39,625 nt of DNA. Source: a candidate division WOR-3 bacterium. Lineage in GTDB: Bacteria; Hydrothermota; Hydrothermia; JBDRYB01. The notes beneath the pieces are model-generated. The model ran no database searches. It was given only the letters and a program-made list of their open reading frames with translations, and was not told where the DNA came from. Every line of letters begins with the position of its first letter. Positions within the stretch are counted from its first letter, which is position 1. Positions 18,229 through 28,219 of this stretch are shown piece after piece. The translations under genes and the position numbers were made by a program. The DNA lies in contig JBDRYB010000017.1 in assembly GCA_039803205.1 (NCBI GenBank), positions 1 through 39,625 of the forward strand, in the 5' to 3' direction.

Positions 18229-19341
18229 TTGAGTGGGATATCAATCCGAGAGGTCGGAAACAAGAAGTCTCTGAGGGAATTTGTCTTTTTGCCGGAGGCA
18301 CTCCCTCACCCTCCCCCCTGGGTTCCTCCCATTTATTCCGACGATCTCGGGCTTTTTGATCCCAAAAGAAACCTCGCGTTCAGATACTGTACCGTGAGGC
18401 TACTTTTGGCATGCCGAAATGGGAGGCCAGTCGGAAGGGTAGTGGGAATAATAAATCACAGGGCAAACTCATTCAGAAATGAGAACATAGCCAGGTTCGG
18501 TTTCCTTGAGGCTGGGGATGACCCTGAGATAACCGAGGCGCTTCTTTCGGAGATTGAGGGGTGGGCTAAGAGCCAGGGAGCAGACGCGCTCGTTGGCCCC
18601 ATGGGCTTTTCGGATCAGGACCCGCAGGGGATGCTCGTAGAGGGTTTTGATACTCCACCACTTATCGCGACGAATTACAACTCCCCGGAAATGCCCCGAA
18701 TCCTTGAAGGTATGGGATACACGAAGAAGGTTGATTACGCGTGCTTCAGGGTTGACATACCCGATGAGATGCCAGAATCCCACAGGCGTATAGCCGAAAG
18801 GGTAAAGAGGGATTTCAGGCTCCTTGAGTTCAAGAGGAAAAGGGATCTCAGACCCTTCATAAGGCCAGTCCTGAGTCTGATGAACGAGACATACGCTTCC
18901 CTACACGGGTTCGCGCCCCTTGACCCGGAGGAGATGGACCAGCTAGCAAGGCGCTACATGTCTTTCTTGGAGCCTGATCTAATAAAAGGCGTTGAGAAGG
19001 ACGGCCAGGTCGTCGGATTCTTCATAGCCATGCCTGATATATCCCCAGGGATAAAGAGGGCACGAGGCAGGCTTTTCCCGTTCGGATTTCTCCACATCTT
19101 GAAGGAATTGAGGAGCTCAAAGGACCTGGTCTTGCTCCTGGTTGGGATACGCAAGGACATGCAGGCCAGGGGCATCGACGCCTTGATGGCTATCTCGCTC
19201 TACGAGAGCGCGAGGCGCCGTGGCATGAAGAGGGCATTTTTTCACCAGGAACTTGAGGACAACCGTCTCGTTTTAGCAGAGACACTCCGTGTGGGAGCGG
19301 TGCCATACAAGAGGGCGAGGATATATCAGAAGAGCTTATAG
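18229..19341 (+). CDS. GNAT-family N-acetyltransferase (YghO-like)
   Basis: WVPPIYSD, GRVVGIIN, ARFGFLE, GPMGFS...GMLVEGF, YNSP, PFGFLH. TTG start at 18229, 7 nt after TAACAT. Confidence 0.8.
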   Translation: MSGISIREVGNKKSLREFVFLPEALPHPPPWVPPIYSDDLGLFDPKRNLAFRYCTVRLLLACRNGRPVGRVVGIINHRANSFRNENIARFGFLEAGDDPEITEALLSEIEGWAKSQGADALVGPMGFSDQDPQGMLVEGFDTPPLIATNYNSPEMPRILEGMGYTKKVDYACFRVDIPDEMPESHRRIAERVKRDFRLLEFKRKRDLRPFIRPVLSLMNETYASLHGFAPLDPEEMDQLARRYMSFLEPDLIKGVEKDGQVVGFFIAMPDISPGIKRARGRLFPFGFLHILKELRSSKDLVLLLVGIRKDMQARGIDALMAISLYESARRRGMKRAFFHQELEDNRLVLAETLRVGAVPYKRARIYQKSL

Positions 19342-19352
19342 GTGGCCTTCCC

Positions 19353-19688
19353 CTATCCCCTCACCATAACCAGAAGCATCTTGAACCTATCGGTCGCTCT
19401 TACCGCGTGCGGAACATTCGCTGGCATGAGAACGGCCTCGCCGGATCTAACTCGCAATGGCTTCCCCTCTATGGTTATCTCTGCTTCTCCATCAATGACA
19501 TGGACAAGCGCGTCAAAAGGCGCTGTGTGCTCGGAGAGTGCTTGGCCTTTGTCAAAGGAGAAAAGGGTTATGGTCCCGCTTGGGCGCTGGATCAGGGTTC
19601 GGCTGACTATAGATCCCTCCGCGTAATCAACGAGGCTGGCTAGCTCTACAATCCTGGTTGGCTCAAGAGTTCCTGCGTTTGGTTTCAT
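19353..19688 (-). CDS. Cupin-domain protein
   Basis: TLFSFDKGQALSEHTAPFDA...GEAVLMPANVPHAV...FKMLL. Confidence 0.9.
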   Translation of the reverse strand: MKPNAGTLEPTRIVELASLVDYAEGSIVSRTLIQRPSGTITLFSFDKGQALSEHTAPFDALVHVIDGEAEITIEGKPLRVRSGEAVLMPANVPHAVRATDRFKMLLVMVRG

Positions 19689-19700
19689 AATAAGCCTCTT

Positions 19701-21035
19701 TTACTCCCAATCAAGGAGCCTTTTCTCACCCTCAAGCTTCCTTATATCAGTGATGTCCTGCGAGACCTCAAGGGTTCCCTTGTATCTGCCTTCCTTATCC
19801 CTCAGGGCAAAATATCGGATGTGGATCAGCCTCCCACCCTTGTTTATCCAGAACTCAGCTACATCCCTATTTCCTGCCCTGAACTCATCAAGTATCCTCT
19901 GGACAACATGCAGGCTCTTCGGTGGATGGCAGTTCTGAACCTTGCGGCCTATTACCTCTGGGAATCGTGGAAATATCCTCTCTTTGTCGGAATAATACAT
20001 TACCTCGTCGTTCTCGTTCACGAAGGTTATGTCAACAGGAAGGTTCTTGAGGATCAGGTTTATTTGCTCGGGGGTAAGTTGTCCCACCTCAAGGGAGATG
20101 AGCTCTTTGGAGGCCGGAGGGGCGTATTCCTCAAAGTGTGGTTTTGCGGCCTCACCCCACTCCTCAGGGCTCAAAGTCTCCATGAGCATGGGGAATAGGA
20201 TGTTTTCCTCTTTGTTGATCATTCCCTCAGCCTCGGAAGCGAGCTTTTCCCCGACCGGAATGAGACCAGCTATGTCGCCTTTTTGAGCGAGCTCGTTCGC
20301 CTCCTTCAGCATTGCCCTTATCTGGTCGTGAACAGCCCACATTACCTGAGGCGGAGCTGTTATGCCGTGCCTCTCAAGAAGGGGGAAAAGAACGTTCTCC
20401 TTTCGGATATAGTGCTTATCAATAATGGACAGGACATCTAAGGCTTGTCTTATCCGGAGGGGGTCTCTGCTGGCAATCGCGTCCCGAAAAGCCGAGAGAG
20501 CTCCTGCTATTCGCCTGTTTTCCTCCTGGAAAACCCTAAGGGGATGGCCCTCTGGGAACTGCTCAGCCATCTTTCTCTCCATGGCTTCCTGAAACAGCTG
20601 AACATGAAGGTTGCAGAGCTTGGTTATCTCTTGCGGATCAAGTCCCTCTTTCACCAGCTCCTGTTCAATAGCCCCTATCTCAGCTGGGCTCACATCTCCT
20701 GCTATCTCAGCGAAACGGGGTCTCAGTTCCTCCAAAGAAGCGCCCTCGTGGAGCCGCCTCAGCAGCTCCTTGAGGGCCTCTTTGCGCTTTGCCCTGTCTT
20801 GGCCGACATCAGGAGCACTCCTTATTGCCGCTGATATGTCCTCTATGAGCCTGTCCAAGGGAACCCCTCCCATCTCCGCGACCCTCTGGAGGGTTGCGAA
20901 ACGCCCAAGGGTGTTTCTGAGAACAGGGTTCCTGAGCTTCTGATACTCCGGGTTGTAGTTCGCCAGAAACTCCACGAGAAAAGGGTATTCCCTGAGAAGC
21001 TCAAATAGCTTGGTGTCAGGTCCGATCTCCCTCAT
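19701..21035 (-). CDS. DUF1858-DUF438-hemerythrin-PAS domain protein
   Basis: LCNLH, GHPL, HYIRKENVLFP, VMWAVHD, KEENILFP, LPVDITFV, VQNCHPPKS. Confidence 0.88.
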   Translation of the reverse strand: MREIGPDTKLFELLREYPFLVEFLANYNPEYQKLRNPVLRNTLGRFATLQRVAEMGGVPLDRLIEDISAAIRSAPDVGQDRAKRKEALKELLRRLHEGASLEELRPRFAEIAGDVSPAEIGAIEQELVKEGLDPQEITKLCNLHVQLFQEAMERKMAEQFPEGHPLRVFQEENRRIAGALSAFRDAIASRDPLRIRQALDVLSIIDKHYIRKENVLFPLLERHGITAPPQVMWAVHDQIRAMLKEANELAQKGDIAGLIPVGEKLASEAEGMINKEENILFPMLMETLSPEEWGEAAKPHFEEYAPPASKELISLEVGQLTPEQINLILKNLPVDITFVNENDEVMYYSDKERIFPRFPEVIGRKVQNCHPPKSLHVVQRILDEFRAGNRDVAEFWINKGGRLIHIRYFALRDKEGRYKGTLEVSQDITDIRKLEGEKRLLDWE

Positions 21036-22345
21036 TTTCCTCCTTTGGCCCGAGCCTGGGCCGACAGGCCTGATACCTGCGCCTGCCTGGCAAGATCAAT
21101 TGCCTCGCCGAGAATCCGCGCGGCTTCCTGAGGTGCGTGGAATCCCATACTGTTCGCTGAAAATACATAGTCCCATAGGAACTGGGCCTTTCTGAGAAGG
21201 GCCCTGGCTCCCTTGAGGTCCTCGTCCGTCGCGCCCGCGACCTTTGCATCCGCTATTGCCCTATGCGCTTCAGTGAGGGCAAGCTCCGCTGTCTGTAGGA
21301 GTTCGTGATTCCGGTCCTGGATTATCTCAACGCGCGCCTTTATCTCACCCTCTGAGCCTTCGTGGCACGGCTTACAGGCGCGCGAGATGTCTTTCAGGGG
21401 GCTCTGGATATGGTGATCCGTGAACTTCAATCCGCCCTCAGTTATATAAGGCATATGGCAATCAGCGCACGCGAGGCCAGCCTGCGCGTGGGGCCCCGAT
21501 AGAAATATCTCATAATCAGGGTGCTGAACCTTTATGAGGGGAGTGCCGCTTGTGGGATGGATCCAATCGGAGAACCCCATCTCCTCGTATAGCTTGAACA
21601 TGGCCTCAGCTCCCGTGCCGTATTTCCAGGGGAATATGAGGCGCTTTGGTTCTCCCGCGAAGAAATACTCCGAGTGGCACTGCGCGCAGACAAGGGAGCG
21701 CAGTTCCTGCCTCGTTAGCCTCGCTGTGTCCTTGCCCATCGCAAGTAGGGCTTCAGAGAGGGCTGGCCTCGTTATCCTGAGCTCCATGGTCTTCGGGTCG
21801 TGGCAATCAGAGCAGGAAACCGGATGTTTAGCCTTTGCCAGTAGATCATCAAGATCAGCGGAGTAGAAGCTGTCAAGCCCCATCTCGTTCATCAGGCCAG
21901 GGACCTCGGAGCTCTTGCATGTGAGACACATCCCCTTCTGGGTTTTCCCTCCCCTGGCAGGGTCGCGCCTGGCGGTTTTTTTAAGATCAACGAGGGTCCA
22001 GGCGTGTCCTCTGTCCTCGTTGTATTCAACCGAAAAGGGATAACCAGCCCAGAGGAAACGCAACAGGGTGTCCCTTTCAAGCCAAGAGAAGGGCGTAGGG
22101 CCGCCGTATTTCGTTGAACCCGTTGTATCCCGGGTCATCAGGAAGCGGCTGTATTCCCTAGGAAAAACCTTTCCCCAGACAGCGGGATCGGTCTCATTCT
22201 CAGGGATGTCAAGGCTCACGACAGGCGCCAGACGGGTCTCAGCCCTGCGCCCAAGGACCATGGCTATACCCATGCCAAGGATGAAGACCCCGGCCAGGCA
22301 AACGAAGAAGATCGTCCATTTAAGCCAGTTCTTATTTCCGCTCAT
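21032..22345 (-). CDS. nrfA: Ammonia-forming cytochrome c nitrite reductase
   Basis: CLTCK (Lys-ligated heme 1), CSDCH, CAQCHSEY, KVQHPDYE, CADCHMPY, CKPCH, SMGFHAPQE. Confidence 0.96.
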   Translation of the reverse strand: MSGNKNWLKWTIFFVCLAGVFILGMGIAMVLGRRAETRLAPVVSLDIPENETDPAVWGKVFPREYSRFLMTRDTTGSTKYGGPTPFSWLERDTLLRFLWAGYPFSVEYNEDRGHAWTLVDLKKTARRDPARGGKTQKGMCLTCKSSEVPGLMNEMGLDSFYSADLDDLLAKAKHPVSCSDCHDPKTMELRITRPALSEALLAMGKDTARLTRQELRSLVCAQCHSEYFFAGEPKRLIFPWKYGTGAEAMFKLYEEMGFSDWIHPTSGTPLIKVQHPDYEIFLSGPHAQAGLACADCHMPYITEGGLKFTDHHIQSPLKDISRACKPCHEGSEGEIKARVEIIQDRNHELLQTAELALTEAHRAIADAKVAGATDEDLKGARALLRKAQFLWDYVFSANSMGFHAPQEAARILGEAIDLARQAQVSGLSAQARAKGGK

Positions 22346-22820
22346 GTTTTTCTCCCTTTATCGCTATCACGGAGCCCGTTCCCGAGGGGCCAGGATGAAT
22401 TGTTTCCCTGTGGCATGTTCCGCACCAACGGTCAGACCCCATAGCTTCAATGTAGCTTATGGTTTTCTCGTGACAGCGCTCACAATTGGCTTCTAAAGTG
22501 GGTTTTGACCTTGCCTTTATCCGGATAACGGGTGGTTCCTGCCTCGTGTAATAGACATAAGCATCCCAAAATCCATCCCTTGCCTTATATGCCAAGTATT
22601 TCAGTGGATTATCGTGAGGAAGGTGGCACTGGGTGCACTTGATGTTTCTGTGTGCGCCGTGCTCCCAGGATTCATACTCGGATTGCATTGTGTGGCAAGA
22701 CGAGCACATCTCAGCTGAGTCACTGAGATACGAGGGAAGGTATGAGACCATTGAGAAAACCAAAATGGCGCCCATGAAGCTTCCGAGGGCTCCGTATACC
22801 AGATAATCGCTCTTTTTCAA
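22332..22820 (-). CDS. nrfH: Tetraheme cytochrome c nitrite reductase small subunit
   Basis: N-terminal TM helix; CSSCH, CTQCHLPH, CERCH, CGTCH; directly upstream of nrfA. Confidence 0.93.
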   Translation of the reverse strand: MKKSDYLVYGALGSFMGAILVFSMVSYLPSYLSDSAEMCSSCHTMQSEYESWEHGAHRNIKCTQCHLPHDNPLKYLAYKARDGFWDAYVYYTRQEPPVIRIKARSKPTLEANCERCHEKTISYIEAMGSDRWCGTCHRETIHPGPSGTGSVIAIKGEKHERK

Positions 22821-22873
22821 AAGGATTATAATTATAATGCCTACAAAAATAGTGGGGCAAGTCCGAGGAACAT

Positions 22874-24097
22874 CTAGAAAAGGGATCCCATCCCTTCCTT
22901 TTTCAGCCTGAGACTTATCTTTCCGTATTCACCATCGTGTCCAGGGATTATGTCAACATCGCCCCGCCTGGCCGCGGCAACCCCTTTTGCTATGGTGGAA
23001 TCGGAAAACTTCGCTATATCTTCAAGAGAAGCATTCAGAAGAACATTCATCTCGCTTCCGAGGCCGGAGATGAGCTTGGAGTATATGTTGTCAACTGACT
23101 TTGAACTTGGGCTAGTTCCGAGCACATCCCCTATTATCTCCCTTAGGGGAATGAGGCTCCTGTAATCAATAGCGGATGGAGGCTTTTCGCCTTCTGGCCT
23201 GTCAGCGAGCTCCTCAACCCTGTGTAGAACCCCGACAGTCACAGGTTTTCCGCAAACAGGGCAGATGCCGTTGTGCTTCTTGGTTTCCCTGGGATGGAAT
23301 ACAACCTTACAGACCCTATGCCCGTCATAGTGATATTTTCCTTCCTCCGGATAGAATTCAATCGTGAAGAGGAACCTTGATCTGTCCTTTTTTTCAAGAG
23401 CCTCTTTGAGCTGGAAATAATCCAAGGGCCCAGAGAACACATTCGCTTCCCTTCCTATCCTGTCGGGGGAGTGCGCGTCAGAGTTGGAAACCAGAGAGAA
23501 CCTGTCCAACTCCGAGACCCGCCAGTTCATCGGAGGATCAGAGGAGAGTCCGGTTTCAAGCGCTGTTATACTATCAACCAAAGGGCCGAATGCCTCTTGT
23601 AGGCTGTTGAACCCTGAGTTGGATCCGAAGACCGAGAACCACGGTGTCCATATGTGCGCTGGTATGACCATCGCGTCGGGAACATGATCCAGGATGAACT
23701 TGGTGAACTCAGCCGCATCCTCGCCAAGTATAGGCCTTCCGTCTGATGTGAGGTTATACTGCCCCATGCCCCTGACCAGTTTCTCAACATCGCGGAATGA
23801 GGGGAGCGCGTATAAGATATGAACCTTTCGGACAGAGCCGCGCTTTGGATATATGAAGGAGAGCTCGCCCGTCAGGATGAAGTCAACGCCTTCAAGGTGA
23901 TATATCCCCCGCCCCTTTTCCTCAAGCTCTCGTTCAAGCTCCTCCCGCCAATCCGGGTGAAATATGTCCCCTGTTCCCAAGAGGGAAATACCCTTTTGCT
24001 TCGCTGTTTCTGCGAGTAATCTTGGGGTCATTCCCTTAGCGGTTGCCCTGCTGTATGAGGAGTGGATGTGAAGGTCAGCTATGTAGAACCCGGTCAT
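22874..24097 (-). CDS. Endonuclease Q family (PHP domain + Zn ribbon)
   Basis: ADLHIHSSYSRAT, PAHIWTPWFS, ETGLSSD, SNSDAHS, GKYHYDGHRVC, CPVCG, PGHDGEYG. Confidence 0.9.
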   Translation of the reverse strand: MTGFYIADLHIHSSYSRATAKGMTPRLLAETAKQKGISLLGTGDIFHPDWREELERELEEKGRGIYHLEGVDFILTGELSFIYPKRGSVRKVHILYALPSFRDVEKLVRGMGQYNLTSDGRPILGEDAAEFTKFILDHVPDAMVIPAHIWTPWFSVFGSNSGFNSLQEAFGPLVDSITALETGLSSDPPMNWRVSELDRFSLVSNSDAHSPDRIGREANVFSGPLDYFQLKEALEKKDRSRFLFTIEFYPEEGKYHYDGHRVCKVVFHPRETKKHNGICPVCGKPVTVGVLHRVEELADRPEGEKPPSAIDYRSLIPLREIIGDVLGTSPSSKSVDNIYSKLISGLGSEMNVLLNASLEDIAKFSDSTIAKGVAAARRGDVDIIPGHDGEYGKISLRLKKEGMGSLF

Positions 24098-24828
24098 CTT
24101 ATCGCTATGTATGTTATCCTGCTGGTTTTCCTGGTCGGAGCGAGGGTTGTCAGGTGGTGAAAGGCCCTCGCCCCGCTGAATCCAACCCTCCTCAGGAGAT
24201 TTAGAATCAACGGATGATTGTATCCTCGCTCAACATGAAGCTCGTCAAGCCTTCTCCACCTATCTCCCTCGTCAACGAAAACGCTTATTCTCAGCTCTGA
24301 TATGTCCGGTTTGATGAAGCGTGTCCTCCAGACAGAAAGGAGCCCATCGGATTCGTAGACCTTGACATCATCGTTCCAATAGCGCTTGAGACCGTAGACC
24401 GTGTTCAGGTCAAACACGAATATCCCCCCAGGACGCAAGTGTCTGAGCGTCTCAGCGAAGGCCTTCATCATCTCCTCGTCCATCAGGATGTTGTTCAGGG
24501 AATCGTAGACACAGGTCACGGCATCAAAATCCTCTTCTATGCCCCAGTCCAGGAAATCCCCTTTGAAAAATCTCACATCCGGCAGCTTCTCCTTTGCCAC
24601 TCTGAGCATATCCCCGGAGGCATCAAGCCCCATGACCCTGTATCCTCTGGCGAGGAGCTCGCGAGTGAGATTTCCAGTTCCACAGGCAAGGTCCAGGATA
24701 TCAAGTATCTCCCTCTGGGCAAACCCGAACAGCTCAGTGATGTAATCGCACCAGGCCCCGTAGTCCACCTTGGACATGAGCCTATCGTAATACGGTGCTA
24801 TTCTGGTGAAAGCCTCTGCCCAGGGCAT
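24094..24828 (-). CDS. Class I SAM-dependent methyltransferase
   Basis: YYDRLM, ILDLACGTG, GLDAS, DSLNN, LRPGGIFVFD. Confidence 0.9.
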   Translation of the reverse strand: MPWAEAFTRIAPYYDRLMSKVDYGAWCDYITELFGFAQREILDILDLACGTGNLTRELLARGYRVMGLDASGDMLRVAKEKLPDVRFFKGDFLDWGIEEDFDAVTCVYDSLNNILMDEEMMKAFAETLRHLRPGGIFVFDLNTVYGLKRYWNDDVKVYESDGLLSVWRTRFIKPDISELRISVFVDEGDRWRRLDELHVERGYNHPLILNLLRRVGFSGARAFHHLTTLAPTRKTSRITYIAIR

Positions 24829-24911
24829 AGAGAATATTATAGTGGGTGCCTGTTGCCGGTCGCCAGCTCTTTAACTTGAACCTGCACCCGCGGCAGGTTT
24901 AACATTCTCGC

Positions 24912-25487
24912 ATGAAAACCATGAAAAGCACCAGGCAGTTTGACTTCATGGAGTTCTACATGCTTTATCCCAGGCTCACTGTCTTGGTTGGCTCAAGGCT
25001 AAACGGAAGGGATAACCTGATGCCCGCTTCCTGGCACACCCCTCTCTCAGGAGACCCTCCACTTTATGGGGTTGTGATATCCCCGAAAAGGGCCACATAC
25101 AGGGCAATCCAGGAGACCGGAGGCTTCACGGTCAACTTTGTTCCACTGGAGATGGCTGAGCTCTCTGAGAAGACCGGCTTCTGCTCCGGCACGGACACTG
25201 ACAAGTTTAAGGCCTTCGGGATCGAGAAAGCCCAAGCCCTTCTTGATGTAGGGCCTATACTGAGGGGCGCATACGCGGCTCTAGAGTGCCTTCTTGAGGA
25301 TACATTCTCCGCTGGTGACCACGCCATAATGGTCGGATTGGTTGATGCCGTGCACTGGGACGAGTCTTTCGCCGAGAGATACCAGGATCAGAATGTCATC
25401 GCTCGTTCCGCCAGGCCCATGCTTTATGCTGGAAGGGGCATATACGCGACCTGGGATCCGAGCTCCCTGATAAGGCTGAGAGACTAG
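24912..25487 (+). CDS. Flavin reductase-like (flavoredoxin) protein
   Basis: NLMPASW, FTVN, GFCSG, DKF, LEC, AGDH. Confidence 0.88.
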   Translation: MKTMKSTRQFDFMEFYMLYPRLTVLVGSRLNGRDNLMPASWHTPLSGDPPLYGVVISPKRATYRAIQETGGFTVNFVPLEMAELSEKTGFCSGTDTDKFKAFGIEKAQALLDVGPILRGAYAALECLLEDTFSAGDHAIMVGLVDAVHWDESFAERYQDQNVIARSARPMLYAGRGIYATWDPSSLIRLRD

Positions 25488-25488
25488 C

Positions 25489-26802
25489 TTGCCCGCGTTC
25501 TGGGCCGCGGTAGGCTTTTCAGCCGGGATAATCCTGGCTGATAATTTTGGCTGGCTCTCGCTTCTGAGCGCGACTTTGGGGTTGTTTTACCTCCGTTGGA
25601 GGAGGCTTGGTCTTCTCTTGTTGTTCGTTCCCCTCGGCGCGTTGGCATACATGTTATCGCTAGCTAGGCTTCCGGATGATATATCCGACATTAGAAACAC
25701 AAACGCCCTCCTCGTTGCTGAGGCCCTTGATACGGAGCGCATCAGGATACTTGGCTTTGATGAGGATGGCTTTGCCAGGGCATCTGGGACCCTCAGGTAC
25801 GATGGCATGTGGCTTCCGGCGAGAAAGCCTTACTTTCTCGCGGGCCACATTGATTCCGCTGGCACATTTAGGATAGCAAAGGCCGTTGCCCTTGAGACAT
25901 ACCCCGTTTTCTCGGGAGCGAGGGCCTGGGCCAGGGGGGTTTTGATGAGAGCCTCATCGTCCCCTGAGAACTTCGGGCTTTCGCTCGGATTTCTTCTCGG
26001 CGAAAGGGATCGCATTCCAAAACCCCTTCTTGATGACTTCAGGTCAACTGGCCTCATGCACCTGCTCGCTCTTTCTGGCCTTCATGTCGGCCTCATTTTC
26101 CTGATCCTCACGGTCGGGCTTTCATTTCTGTCTAAGCGTTGGGGAGCGAGCATTGCGGCTGGCCTTGTCTGGATATATGCCTTCTTTGTTGGCGCCTCCC
26201 CTTCGGTCATAAGGGCGGCCATATTCGTGTCCCTATTCACCCTGGCCTACATATCCGGCCGGAAGAGGTCTGATCTGAACACCCTTGGAGCCGCCGCCCT
26301 CGCCACCCTTCTGGTCAATCCAAGCTGGATCGCTGATATCGGTTTCCAGCTCTCCTACCTGGCTACATTTGGAATCTTATACTACATGAGAGGTGTCTGG
26401 CTCTCTGGGAGTTGGTTCAGGAAGTGGGTGATCTCCCCCATACTGGTGACACTTTCAGCCCAGGTTTTCGTAGCGCCAGTTCTCCTATCTGAGTTCGGAA
26501 CCCTTTCCCTTTGGGCTTTTCCCCTTAACATAGCCTGTGTTCCCCTTCTCGGCCTCGTTATGTCCGAATGGGCCCTTTACTTTCTCTTTTACCCCTTGAA
26601 GATTGCCGCTCCGTTCGCGGCAGTGGCAAACCTGGGTCTCGATCTACTCCGACTTATTATAACAAGCGCAGTCTCGCTTTCACGATTGCAATTGAGATTC
26701 AGCATGCCTTTGTGGGCCATGGCCCTTTGGTGGGCCATAGCAATATTGGGTAGGCCTGGGGTTTTCTGGCTCAGGGCGCGGTTTTCCAGGAGAAATACAT
26801 GA
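25489..26802 (+). CDS. comEC: ComEC/Rec2 competence membrane protein (no MBL domain)
   Basis: TGLMHLLALSGLHVG, SPSVIRA, GFQLSYLAT; multiple TM helices. Confidence 0.85.
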   Translation: MPAFWAAVGFSAGIILADNFGWLSLLSATLGLFYLRWRRLGLLLLFVPLGALAYMLSLARLPDDISDIRNTNALLVAEALDTERIRILGFDEDGFARASGTLRYDGMWLPARKPYFLAGHIDSAGTFRIAKAVALETYPVFSGARAWARGVLMRASSSPENFGLSLGFLLGERDRIPKPLLDDFRSTGLMHLLALSGLHVGLIFLILTVGLSFLSKRWGASIAAGLVWIYAFFVGASPSVIRAAIFVSLFTLAYISGRKRSDLNTLGAAALATLLVNPSWIADIGFQLSYLATFGILYYMRGVWLSGSWFRKWVISPILVTLSAQVFVAPVLLSEFGTLSLWAFPLNIACVPLLGLVMSEWALYFLFYPLKIAAPFAAVANLGLDLLRLIITSAVSLSRLQLRFSMPLWAMALWWAIAILGRPGVFWLRARFSRRNT

Positions 26803-26902
26803 ACCAGCTTGCTAATCATGCCTATCTGGTCCTCTCATGACTTCACAATACATATTCGCGCGGGCTTGAAACCATAGCCCAGCGGATCCTATAATCTCCT
26901 CC

Positions 26903-27610
26903 TTGATTATCTACGGCATCAATCCGGTTCTGGAGTATCTTAGGAGCCACGCAAACCTGCCCCAGCGGGTTCTGGTTGCCGAGGGGAGGCGTTTGCCCCC
27001 AGAGCTCAGAGCCGCCATAGAATCCATGGGTCTCAGGATTGAAAGCGTGCCCAGGGGGCGCCTTGATAGGCTATCAGGCACGAAAAAGCACCAGGGGGTA
27101 ATCCTCATAATCCCCCCTATTGATTACATGTCGCCGGAGGCATTCCTGGGCCTCATGACTGAAAGCAGGGGAGTGGGGTTGCTTCTTCACGATGTAGAGG
27201 ATCCCGGAAACATCGGCGCGATAATAAGAACAGCAGAATTCCTGGGAGCGGTTGGAGTTATCGTATCCGGCGCACACAGCCCAGGGATTACGGAGGCGGG
27301 GGTAAAGGCATCCGCAGGAGCGGCTTTTCACTTGCCCATATGCAGGCTGGGCAATCCAAAGGGTTTCATCAGGGAATTCAAGGCCAAAGGAGGATGGGTG
27401 GCCGGGCTTGAGCTGGGAGGGGAGGACCTCAGGGCAATTAAACTGCCGAGGCCGCTGCTTTTGATCCTTGGCTCTGAGGGCAAGGGGATTCCCGAAAAGC
27501 TCAGACAGAAGTGCGACTTCATCTTGACCATACCCCGCAAGGGCAAAACCGGCTCCCTGAATGTTTCTGCTGCCGCGGCCATAGCCCTCTGGACAGTTCT
27601 GTCCTGGTAG
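26903..27610 (+). CDS. rlmB: 23S rRNA 2'-O-methyltransferase RlmB (SpoU/TrmH)
   Basis: IYGINPV, HQGV, DPGNIGAIIRTA, KASAGA, LGSEGKG, SLNVSAA. Confidence 0.9.
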   Translation: MIIYGINPVLEYLRSHANLPQRVLVAEGRRLPPELRAAIESMGLRIESVPRGRLDRLSGTKKHQGVILIIPPIDYMSPEAFLGLMTESRGVGLLLHDVEDPGNIGAIIRTAEFLGAVGVIVSGAHSPGITEAGVKASAGAAFHLPICRLGNPKGFIREFKAKGGWVAGLELGGEDLRAIKLPRPLLLILGSEGKGIPEKLRQKCDFILTIPRKGKTGSLNVSAAAAIALWTVLSW

Positions 27611-27760
27611 GGGAGGGGAGGGGCAAAATTATAACGATTATCCGTTAGGAAATTCAAAGCGAATAGCTCAAAATTGATTAAGGTCAAAATGATTAAGTCC
27701 TTATCCGCCAACATCTTAAACCTCTAAACTTAAAGTCAATTATAATTTTTCTCATCATAG

Positions 27761-27987
27761 GGGCCACCCTGGACTACTGGTTCATAATTACTGGTATAAT
27801 TATACCAGTATATTATTACTGGTATAAAAATACTACCAGGGGGTTTGTCCGTATAGTAATAAATTACCAGTAATAAATTACCAGTATATTTGTATGGGCA
27901 CCCTTGGACTAGAGCCTTTGTCTCAATTGATAACCATGGTAACCAGGTTGAAAATCCAAACCCACCAACCAGTATAATATTACCATG
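27761..27987. repeat. AT-rich array of TACCAGTA/TACTGGTA boxes with 14-bp period, bracketed by imperfect 16-bp direct repeats
   Basis: Boxes at 27775, 27789, 27803, 27817, 27834 (variant), 27865, 27879, 27941 (variant), 27968 (variant). Flanks GGGCCACCCTGGACTA (27761) and GGGCACCCTTGGACTA (27896). Confidence 0.85.
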
Positions 27988-28212
27988 AGCGAAGGGGATA
28001 TACCCGAGAGGCTGAAAGAGCTTAGGGAAGATTTCGGTATCTCGCAGGAGCAGTTCGCAAAGGAGCTTGATATAACCGTGTTCACTGTTCAGAAATGGGA
28101 GCGTGGAGCGTTTCTTCCGGGCGCAAAGGCCCTCATCGCGATAGCAGAAAAATACGGTGTCTCCTTGAACTGGCTCCTCCTCGGCGAGGGACCGAAATTC
28201 CTGAAGAGGTAA
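27985..28212 (+). CDS. XRE/Cro-C1 helix-turn-helix regulator
   Basis: ERLKELREDFGISQEQFAKELDI...VQKWERG...P...IAEKYGVSLNWLLLGEG. Confidence 0.92.
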   Translation: MSEGDIPERLKELREDFGISQEQFAKELDITVFTVQKWERGAFLPGAKALIAIAEKYGVSLNWLLLGEGPKFLKR

Positions 28213-28219
28213 CGAGAAC

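Noticed and set aside
27761..27987. CRISPR array interpretation of the repeat region
   Set aside because: Units are 8-14 bp in mixed orientation, with no 25-45-bp repeats, no unique spacers and no cas genes.
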